DNA of 64,000 nucleotides, taken from NCBI RefSeq assembly GCF_009914755.1, contig NC_060931.1; one strand, 5' to 3'. Of this stretch, positions 52,851 to 64,000 are shown piece after piece (within the stretch, counting starts at the first letter, position 1; every line of letters begins with the position of its first letter). Made by a program: the position numbers and the translations under genes. This stretch comes from the human T2T-CHM13v2.0 reference genome, Homo sapiens. The notes under the pieces are model-generated. The model saw nothing but the letters and a program-made list of their open reading frames with translations. It made no database searches and had not been told where the DNA came from.

Positions 52851-53039
52851 TACTAGTAATAAATTAAAAGACTGAACTGTGACAATAGAAATAAGGAGTG
52901 GGATTGAGAAGTCTTTCAATTGTGAGATTCAATTGTGAGAATTTTATGATTGGATGGTAAGGTTGAGTGATGAAGAATCAAAGAAACATCTTTGTTTTGA
53001 AGCTTGGCTGAGTATTGATGATGACACTGACTCGTTTCA

Positions 53040-53370
53040 GCTTCAGTCCTCTCTCCCTCCTCTGTCTGTCACTGCCAAGCTTCTTGGCTACCCATGCTGT
53101 AGTGACCCCTTAATGTCCTCCCATTCAGTCTTCACTCCTTCCAGTCTATATCTCTCTCCAGTCTGTGTTCTTCCTCCACCTCTTCATTGAGCCTTTTCTT
53201 TCCCAAGATAGTCAGAAAACTCCATGATGCCAAATCCCATCTCAGGAGCTGTCTCAACAGCACTGGCACCAATGTTTATCACTCTTCTCTTGTTGAAACA
53301 TTCCCTTCTCTTGGCTTTTGTAACACAATCCTCTCTTGGGTTCCTTTCTTCTTTTATGACCCACCCATCT
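53040..53370 (+). mobile_element. L2 internal fragment
   Basis: CTCCATGATGCCAAATCC...CTCAACAGCACTGGCACCAATGTTTATCACTCTTCTCTTGTTGAAACATTCCCTTCTCTTGGCTT. Confidence 0.65.
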
Positions 53371-53374
53371 TATT

Positions 53375-54911
53375 CACCATTGACTCAACAAACATTCATT
53401 GAGTTTGTACACTGCGTTGGGTACAGTTCCAAGAGCTGGGATATGGTAGTAAACAACACTGACAAAATCTCTAACCCCATAGAGCCGGCATTCCTGCATG
53501 GGGAGACAAACAGTAAAATAAATACCTAAAATGCATAGTATGTGAGATAATGATAAATGTTAAGGAGAAAAGTAAAACTACGAGGTATCAAGAGGCATGA
53601 AGGCGTTCAATTTTAAAAAGGGAGATTAGAGAAGTTCTCACTGAGGTGACATGTGAGCAATAAAGATGGAGGGCCACCCTCAGGGATAAGTGGTGAGAGA
53701 TTTTTCCAGGAGGGAATAGCTGGGACAGATGCCCAATAAGGGAGGCCTGTGTCTGAAGAAGATGGAGAAGGCAAGGCCAGTGGATGAGGTCTGGGCAGTG
53801 AGAAGGGAAATTAGGGGCCTAGTAGGGAATATTAGGACTTTGACTGTGTATTCCAAGTGAGATTGGAATCATATGAACAATTTTAAGCTGATAAGTGACA
53901 AGATCCAACACATCTCACAGAATCATGCTGGCTTTTGAATTGGGAAGAGATTGCCTGGGGACAAGGATAGAAACAGGGAGGTGGCTATGATTGTCTGGTC
54001 ATTGAACCAGGGTACTTGTGGTGGATGTGTTTAAAAGAAATTGAATTCTGGAGATACATGGAGGTACAGATGATGGTATTTGTTGATGGATTAGATGTGG
54101 GTGTGAAAAAAAGAAGAGAGAAAGAAGTTAAAATGACTCTAAGCTTTTCGACATGAATTTTTTTAAAAAGAATGGAGCTGTATTAATTTAAATGGGAAAG
54201 ATGACAAAACAGGTTTGGGAAGGGTAATCAGAGTTTTGGTTGTAGGGATGGTATACTTGCGTAATGAAATATTTGAGTTTGGGTAGCATTTCAATAAAGA
54301 GAGATACATTTGAGAAAAACCAGCATATGGATGGATTCGCAAGTCATCATACTGGATTAGATCACCAAGAAATTGGGTTTTGAAGACAAGAAAATGTCTG
54401 AGCCCTGGGGTACTCCAAAGTGTAGTTGTCTAGCTGATGAGAAGAACATCACAGAAGACCGCAAACAACTGACATTGAACGAGGAAGAAAACTAGATGTG
54501 GTGCCTTGAAAGTCAAATAAGATAAACTCTTTAAAGAGCAGGGGGTAAAAACCTGTGTCTCCTGATGCTGATAGAGAGACTACAGTTCTTAGTTTGCCCA
54601 GGACAGGCTTCAATCTGTTGTCTCTGCATAATTATTAATAGCTCCTCCTTCCATCCTCTTAAGTGAAGCAGTCAGCCAACTGATGGGTCAAGTAGGATCA
54701 ATTGAGAATTAACTATTATATTTAGAAATGTGAAAGTCATTAATGACTTTGATGTAAGTAGCTGTGTTGAAGGCCTAGGCAGAGGGGCTCAGGATAGAAT
54801 GTGAGTAAGAGGAATTGAGGAGTATGAATAAAGACAACTGAATCAAGAGGTTTTGCTGAAAAGGGGGAGCAGAAATATAGGTGGTAGCTGGAAGGTAAAC
54901 TGCTGTCAGTC
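53375..54911 (-). mobile_element. L2, long 3' portion
   Basis: CAACAAACATTCATTGAG...GCTGGGATATGGTAGTAAACAACACTGACAAAATCTCT...GATGGATTAGATGTGGGTGTGAAAAAAAGAAGAG. Confidence 0.85.
54578..54665 (-). mobile_element. MER94-like fragment within L2
   Basis: AGTTTGCCCAGGACAG...CTGTTGTCTCTGCATAATTATTAATAGCTCCTCCTTCCA. Confidence 0.6.
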
Positions 54912-54927
54912 AAGAGTGGTAGGTCTT

Positions 54928-56878
<1,951 letters not shown>

Positions 56879-57119
56879 CACATTACTTAATCACACTAGC
56901 ATTTTCTTCACTGTTAGGTTACAGTGGTTCTCTTCTCAGAGGCATAATCAATAATCAAAATGGCTGTGAATTATAGTTGGAGTTGCCAAATGGACCAGGC
57001 CCTGCTGTAATAGATAGTTGGGGGCTTTATGCTGGAAGGAAAGCTGAGGCATCTTTGGTTTGGGGAATCAGGATTCAAACAGTCACTGATCCTTTCCCAA
57101 CCTCTTTCTCTTTCTCTCT

Positions 57120-57670
57120 GTTAATCTTATTACTTCCTCTTATCAACTCCTTCAAATGTGCTCTACTTTCCAAAGGAAAACCCAAAGTTCTTGGCATGAC
57201 ATGTAAGGTTCCTGTAATCCCATGCCAGCCTCTTTCCATATCCAGGAGTAAATGACCACCTTCCATCCCTGTAGCCTGTTCTCAGTCAGTATGGCTGTCT
57301 TAGAAGTACCACTGTGACATACACGAGCGGGCTCTTCCACCCCTACTCCATGCCACTGCCCTTGCAGATCCCTTTACCAGCAATACCTTCTCTTTCTTGC
57401 CACCTAAGAAACCCTAGTCAGCCTCCTGCTGATCCCACACAGAACCTCCTTGTACACTGAGCTTCTCCTCAGCTCCACCCTCTGTGTCAGTCCCCCCGCT
57501 GTGTCCCCTAGCACCCAGTGTTTCTCTATTTGGCTGTTTATCACATTATATTTTATTGTTTTTAAAAGCTCTCACTGCTTGAGACTACGAGCAGGGACCA
57601 TATCTTGTTCCTATTTGCATTCCAACACATGGTGCAGGGTCTGAAAGGCACTTAATAAGCTTGTGTTGAA
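57120..57670 (+). mobile_element. L2 3' portion
   Basis: AAAACCCAAAGTTCTTGGCATGACATGTAAGG...GAGCAGGGACCATATCTTGTTC...GGCACTTAATAAGCTTGTGTTGAA. Confidence 0.75.
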
Positions 57671-58497
57671 CCAGTGGTTGGGTACATTGCAAATGGTTTT
57701 TGCATACCTTCATCAGCTCAAGAAATAATTTTGCCTCAGAAACTTCTATTTGTTTCCTTCCTCCTCTTAGTTCCCAAATTGCACTTCATAACGAGTTGTT
57801 CCCTTCATGTTGTAGCTTTGAGCTCAGCCACCACCTACCCATCTGCTCCCCCTGCCCCCTGGCCTATTGACTCTGCCTGCTGTTCCCACTTTGCCTTCCT
57901 CCCTCCTCAGTGGCAAATCTGGCTCCAAAGCCTCTGCTTTCCATGGGGACAGGAAGAAGCCGCATCGGGACTGTGATCCTGCTGCGGGGGGTGGGAAGGC
58001 ACAGAGTGGCCCTGCCACCCACTGCCCACCCTCACCCTGTGTTCCTCAGCACTGAGAGCACTCCCAGGGCCCGATGAGCTAATCCATTCTGCCTCAGCCA
58101 CCAGGGTGCAGTGGGAGGAGACATTCTGCAAATCAAAGAAATAATAAGGGACTCATTTGCATGCACTATTGATTTTGGTTCCAGGAAATGTTAATAGCAG
58201 CAGAGAGTGAGACCCTCATACCTCTTTACGCTGAAAAGCAACCCTTCTACTTTTTCCATTCCAGCACAGAATGAACTAGTGTGATTCTGGCATTTAATTA
58301 GTGAGGATAAGCAAGGCTGAATTCCTCTTTGTGGAGTAACAGTGATGAACTCTAACCTTTCTTGACATGACAGCCTGTTAGCTTCTCCAAAACCATTTCT
58401 TTTAAAAAGACAAGCATAAAGCAATGATCACTTTTGTATGTGCATTGCTCTGTTTCTATGACTGGTACCAGGAATGATCTGGTTTTTCTTTCCGCAG

Positions 58498-59190
58498 TAT
58501 TCTTCCTTGGATGAAAGGACTAGGAGAAAGCCCTGCAACCCCACGAGTCCGCCCGTTTGTTGAAATCAGTTCAAGATCATCCAGGTCTGCAAAACTCGGC
58601 TGAAGCAGCTTGTTGCATAATTTACCAGAGAAAAGAGGGCCATCTGGAGAGCCAATCTGGAGAACTCGAGCAAAGGCAGAGTCTTTTTTTTTCCCCTCTT
58701 AAGTTATCCTGATTGACTCCCTGCCTATATTGGGCCTCCGCAGTGCTTGGCCCGCATCCTGAAAGATGGCAGTCCAGGTCAAAGGCCTTGGCCTCCTGGC
58801 TTTGAACCCTGGCAAAGCACTGCCTGGCCCACAACTGCTAGTAGCCCCACCTACCATAGCTGTGCAAGGTTCTCAGACACCTCCCACCTGTCTTACCCCA
58901 TGACACCGTGGGGGCCTGTGTCATTCCCAAGGACAGCTGGTTTACGCATATGCAGAGGAGGCAGCTACCCACAAAGGGATGTGGGAAAGCTCTACCAAAT
59001 TTAAAAAAAATAAAAATAATAAATAAAAAGAAAGAAAGAAATCTGCCTTAACCTCTAGTCAAGGAGAAAGTCATTTCTTCCACAAAGATTAAATCCTTTG
59101 TGTTAAAGCAATCTATTTCTTTCCAATCCAGAGCCTGTGAGTGATTCTATAGGGTAGTGAACACAATAAACTATTACCAGAGAATAGTAT
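58498..59190 (+). ncRNA. Candidate terminal exon of a non-coding transcript
   Basis: Acceptor GGTTTTTCTTTCCGCAG|. Unique GC/CpG-richer body. AATAAA at 59009, 59018, 59022 and 59165, the last followed by a U/GU-rich tract. Motif evidence only. Confidence 0.33.
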
Positions 59191-59629
59191 TTTTGTCAAT
59201 GATTTAGGTGATATTTTAAGAGGTATAAGGAGTTTCTATAGAATTTTCCTTCCATAGAGCCTGGGGAAGAGGCTAAGGGGCTGGGGGGGAGGGCAGCTCC
59301 TATCAACCAGCTCTACCTGCTCCCTCTCCAGTCCCATCCTGTCCCCTGAACCTGGCTGCCCTGGACTCCAGGTGCCACCTATGTGCTGGCTATAGCTGAT
59401 TTGTAGTGATTTCCTGAAATGTTCCACTGAGCAGCTTTCTGGGCCGGGAAAGAAATAGCACAGACTTCAAATTTATGAGGTCTGCCACAAGTATGGGATG
59501 AGAGGAAGTTCGAGGAATTTTCCAACCCTGTGCTAGCCACCTTTCTTAGTCTACAATGCTTTAATATGATCATAGATAAAGGTAGTCAATGTTTGTCCTA
59601 GGATTCAGCCAGTTAAAAATAAAGTAATT

Positions 59630-59785
59630 GAGAGTCTGACATTGGATAAATTACATAACTTTCCAGGCTTAATTTCTCATCTATATCATAGAAATAACAA
59701 TATTTATCTGATTAGATTTTTAAAACTCCAATACATGTATAAGTCTTGCCACATAACTATATGTCCAATTAAAAAGTGTTTTCCT
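59630..59785 (+). mobile_element. MIR fragment
   Basis: GACATTGGATAAATTACATAACTTTCCAGGCTTAATTTCTCATCTAT. Confidence 0.6.
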
Positions 59786-60461
59786 TTTCTTTCTTATGTG
59801 GTTTAAAATGCACGAGTTTTTACACAATCCAATTTTACTGGCTTGGCAGTGTAGAATTTCCTCTGTGTGTACCTCGAGGGTACTGAAGTTCAGGCTCTAG
59901 GGGTCTGTTTCTTGAATGGCAGGGCACCTTTGGCTTCCTTTCTTGCAAAACCTTGAACTCAGGCGTGTGGGGCAGGGGGAGGATTTGTGCAGTCTTGCAT
60001 GGACGTCTACAGTGCCTTGGCTGAACAATGTGTTAATTATGGCCTTTCCGTCTCAACTGCACCTGCCCATTTCACTATCAGAAAGAAAAATCTCTCCTTT
60101 CTTCCTTGCTTCACTGTTATACTTTAGAACCATGATTGTTTTGCCGAAATAGATATTGACTAGAGAAGGACAAACCTCAAAGGTTTTGGATTAAGTTCTC
60201 TTTCTGATAAACATGAGGGAGTTTGAATGCTCTGGGGAGTCTTATTTAAGCTATCTTAACCTTTGGGGCCCATGAAAACTGGAAGAAAAAATTTCTTTCT
60301 TACCACTTTCTTTGGTTTGCTACCATTAGAAGAGACCATGCTGCAAGCACAGGTCACTCCAAGGCTTTAGCTGCAATTGTTTTGTGATGTATTTTGAAAT
60401 CCTAGGGTGACAATACTTGTATACATGCAAAATAGGAATAATAAGCTAATTTTTGGCATAC

Positions 60462-60610
60462 CAGGGGTTCTTAATCCCTTTTACTCTTTGGACTGTCAAT
60501 GGGAAAGTCTGGTGAGTTCCAGGAACCCTTTTCCTAGTAACATTTTTTCAGTGCCTGTACTAAAAACATATAGGATTTAAAGAAACTGAATTATACTGAA
60601 ATACAGTTTT
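60462..60610 (+). mobile_element. hAT-Charlie terminal fragment
   Basis: CAGGGGTTCTTAATCCC...AGTCTGGTGAG...CATATAGGATTTAAAGAAACTGAATTATACTGAAATACAGTT. Confidence 0.6.
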
Positions 60611-60984
60611 CTCTGTGAGCCAATCAGTTTCTGTTGAAATGCAAAAAGATCTTTAAAAATTACATTTGCTGCCTTTTTATTATTAGAAAAACCCTGCTTA
60701 TTATTCAGTAAAGGTGTAACATTTGAAAATTATAATAAAAGTGTAAGAAAAATTTAAAAATCACCTACAGCTTCAATTTCAAAAGAATCTTTGAATATTA
60801 ATTCACCTCTGATAGGTGGTCAGATTACAAAGGAGAATTTTTTGGTTTTTTTTTTTTCAATGTTCAGAGCACAGTCAAGGTGCAAATGAATGGTGAGCAC
60901 AACCTTTGAGAACTTTTCAATCAACACCTAGTGCTGGAGATGAATGGGACACAAGAGCTTAGCCAATTCAGAAGTACTGAATCT

Positions 60985-61148
60985 AGTGTGAGCATCAGAT
61001 GCATCTGGGGAGATTGTTCTAAAATTTAGATTTTCGGGTTCTATTCCAGGCCTTCTGACCAAGAATATCCAGAGACAAGGTCGAAGAATCTGAACTTTTA
61101 AAGGCCGCTTAGGAACATCTGATTATCAGCAAGTCTTGGGAACCACTG
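60985..61148. mobile_element. MER5 (B-like) hAT-Charlie MITE
   Basis: GCATCAGATGCATCTGGGGAGATTGTT...AAGAATCTGAACTTTTAA...TTGGGAACCACTG. Confidence 0.75.
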
Positions 61149-61399
61149 ATAATACAACGCGCACCCCCCCACTCAGTGCAGAATGCTTCCCAACAAGGTC
61201 TCTAAATGCTTCTTCCAAAGCATGTTTGGGTTTGGAGATTCAGCTCAAATGCTCTGACACAGACTGTCCTAAACTGGTATCATCCCAGCCTGTGACAGAA
61301 ATTGAAAAACAAGTAATACTTCGTGCTCTAAAATCTTGATTTCTGCTTAGTTGTGTCCTCATCAAATAGCTGCTTTCTATTTTCCATGGCCAAGTGCAC

Positions 61400-62600
61400 A
61401 GAAGAAGGGGGTGGGGGCGGGGGGTGGCTGGCTGGCTCTAGCATTTGGCTGGACAGAGTGAGAGCTATATTGGAGGGGGGGCCGGGGTGGGGGACTGATT
61501 CTTGGAGTGACTCTCTGGATCTGGATCGTGGGCTTTTTCATCCTCGTGAAGTCTACGTGCTGCGTTTTATTCATTAGCACCTACAAGGGACTAATTGCCA
61601 TCAGGCATGTAGGTGGAATTCCTGGCAGGGAGCAAGAAATGGAATAGGTTTGATGACAACCAATGATCTGCCAAAGCCCTGTCAGAAGGAGAACAGAGTC
61701 TTGCTGTCACTCATCCACCCCTTTAAATTCAAATGAAGATGCTTCTGAGTGGGGAGGGGGAGGGGGTTGGCACGCGTCCAACTTTGCATTGAAGATACTG
61801 TACATTTTTACTGTATATGCGAAAGTCCCTGCTCCTGGTGGTGCTGTTTCTTACATGAGGAAAAGAGAGAAAGAAAAAATAGAAAAAGAAAAAGAAAATC
61901 TGAGGCCTTGCTTTAGGCCTGCTGTACTTACTACTTTCTCTAATGTCAGTGGCCAGAGGTGACTCGGGCATTCACTGACGGGCATCGAGGGGACTCCACA
62001 CTTCCTGTAACTGTGTGTACAACCTCATGTGAATTATGTACATATTTCCATGGTGCTTCTCATTTTCTCAAGGAAACTATACTCCACAAAAGATGAAGAA
62101 CTACTGCCATAGAATATCAGTGCTGTCTTGGGACATTTGAAGGTCACAGTCATGCAAATGCAACCAAGATCCCTGGCAGGAAGCATTTCAAGCTATCAGG
62201 AAAGCCCCACTGATCCAAATAGCAGTTTTGCAAGTAACAGTAATTTCATGAAGTTACACATACAAGGCATGGGTGTGTAACCACTTCCCCCAATGACAGT
62301 GGGTAGTAGTAGCTGTGGGTAGCAGTGCTCATGTATTTAAATCAGATCTAGTCGTCTCTGACAAATGCCAAGCATGCTCTTAACTCTCTTAAGTAATAAA
62401 CTTCCCCGGCTCAAGTAAAAGTCAGCCTTTTCTGCAGGGAATAGCCACACCTTTCCTTCTCATTCTTGTAGCCCATTCTCCTCCTCCCTGCTATTTTCTG
62501 CAGCAGGGAGGGAGTAGACCAGTTCCAACCTCGGTGGTGCAGATCAACTGTTACTCTGTAAAGTGAAGGCATGACTCAGTGACATCATGCTGATTTATTG
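61400..62600. promoter_or_regulatory. Candidate regulatory region with G-tracts/GC box, octamer, NR half-site and AP-1
   Basis: GGGGCGGGG at 61414-61422, G4-compatible tract at 61475-61493, TGAAGGTCA at 62138-62146, ATGCAAAT at 62152-62159, and TGACTCA at 62572-62578. Confidence 0.35.
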
Positions 62601-63291
62601 AAGAAAACTACAAAATCTCTGGTCTCAAAGACATTTAGCAGAATGACAGGAAATTATCTTAGGTAGTTCTGTGGTTGAAGAGGAGTTCAATTAGATGACC
62701 CCATAAAAGTCTTTCAAATTTAATTAACTTAGTAATCATTTAAAATTATCACCACATCCTATGTAAAATTTTGAGGGTTTTTTTTTTCCAGCAAAAGTGT
62801 TTTCAAAAAGTTTATCTTATTGAATTACTTGGCTGTTTATTTCACAAGTACTTTATTTTGTTTTTCCATGCCTGGAATGACTACATTTTCTTAAGATGAC
62901 TACAAATGTTATGCCAGTGACATTTGTAGGTGGAATCAAAACAGTGTTAATTAGTTGTATTGAAGAGTTCCCTGACTTTAGCCTGTTTGTCAGTAACAAA
63001 GACACAGTATATTTTCCTTAGCTCTCATGAGTAACTAGTCCTTCAAGGATCAACATATTACCTTAAAACACCTCTGCTTTGAACCAAAGGAATACATTAG
63101 TAACAGAGATTCTGTGTGGGAACATTTTTACTGAGAGAATTGGTAGTTAATGAACATGTTTATCTTTTTTCTGTTGGAAAATGTTTTTATCCAGTCCCAA
63201 AATGGTGCCCATAAGCTTTATATTAATTAATTTTTATTAATCAGTTGAAGTTTATGCATTTTCAAGAAGGTGCATTTAAATATCAAATGTT

Positions 63292-63325
63292 GGCCTGGTG
63301 CAGTGGCTCATGCGTGTAATCCCAG
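63292..63325 (+). mobile_element. Alu 5' end (34 nt) interrupted by an LTR insertion
   Basis: GGCCTGGTGCAGTGGCTCATGCGTGTAATCCCAG abuts the TGTCA LTR terminus. Confidence 0.85.
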
Positions 63326-64000
63326 TGTCACAGGATCCTTAGGGTGTCACTTCACCAGCCAGAAACCTCTGTGGCCAGCAGCACCTTCTGCCTGAATATT
63401 GCTCATGCCTGCTGGGCTTGGTCTGCCCACTCCGCCTGGTAGGCTGTGCTCAGCTTGCGCTGCTGACCCAGATCCCACACCTGCCAAGGGCCAGCCAGGT
63501 GCAGAGTGGTGAGGGGTGTGTGGACAAGCAAGCACAGGGTCCAGCCTCTGCACGCAGCCAGGCACATCAGCTGCTGTAGTGGAGCAGGCAGCTCCAGGCC
63601 CTGGCACAGGTGCTGGCTCCATGCAAGGCTGCAGCTGGACCATATGTAAGGCACGTGGCTTATGCTGCAGGCACCCGCGTCTGGAGGAGGGGAAGGCATT
63701 GGCACCCAAAAGGTTGGAGACACCAGGAACTTCAAAGAGGGCGTGACAGCCCTGGCTCAGGGAGGCCCTAGGTCTGGGATCCCCAAAGGGCCGCAGCTCT
63801 TCTCTCCTCTTAGTCACCCATAAAGTGGCAAGTTGTGGCGGGGTGCTGTTTCAGCCCTGTTTGTCTTACAGCTCTTCTCCCCTTCTCCTTGTCTCTCGCA
63901 AGTAGCAAAGAGCAGGGAGGGGAGCATGTCTCAGCCCTGTTGGTGTTACAGCTCTTTTTGTCCTGCCATTCGGCAGATCCTGAGTTCTTGTCCTGTGCCC
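63326..64000 (-). mobile_element. MER52 (A/C-like) ERV1 LTR, runs off the window end
   Basis: TGTCACAGGATCCTTAGGGTGTCACTTCACCAGCCAGAAACCTCTGTGGCC...GATCCCACACCTGCCAAGGG is the reverse complement of the recalled MER52 3' end. GC-rich. Confidence 0.88.

Noticed and set aside
58098-58113. CCACCAGGGTGCAGTG, one base from a strong CTCF motif
   Set aside because: The mismatch (T) falls at a near-invariant G of the core; not called without ChIP data.
58502-58513. CTTCCTTGGATG, shared with U14/SNORD14 and antisense 18S rRNA
   Set aside because: Only 12 nt, with no C/D boxes or extended similarity.
63347-63817. 156-aa and overlapping ORFs
   Set aside because: Lie entirely in the GC-rich MER52 LTR; not coding.

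Overview
This is primate (most likely human or other simian) non-coding genomic DNA, either intergenic or part of a large intron. It is AT-rich, and roughly half or more is recognisable interspersed repeat: AluS/FLAM, L1 (L1ME, a near full-length L1MC, L1MA, L1PA16, L1PB), HAL1, L2, MIR, CR1/L3, hAT and Tigger DNA transposons, and MaLR/ERVL/ERV1 solo LTRs. I can support no protein-coding gene, tRNA, rRNA or CRISPR array. The ORF track consists of chance ORFs plus L1-, HAL1- and Alu-derived frames. I could not name the locus. All repeat family names come from recalled consensus sequences rather than a search, so subfamily labels and boundaries of old elements are approximate. I found no evidence of a new multi-gene biological system. 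The most interesting sequence-level observations are: (1) a (GGGTTA)3 telomeric tract inside a Tigger3b at 52025-52042; (2) a patchwork of templated inverted and direct copies, resembling a repair scar or multibranch hairpin, at 56028-56129; (3) a possible + strand spliced lncRNA, with a CpG-rich putative start near 25.3 kb and candidate exons at 28228-28348, 42309-42439 and 58498 to about 59190; (4) a still-translatable ancient CR1 RT remnant at about 24.1-24.9 kb; (5) a near full-length L1MC with a candidate TSD still visible; and (6) enhancer/promoter-like motif clusters at about 35.4-36.0 kb and 61.4-62.6 kb.
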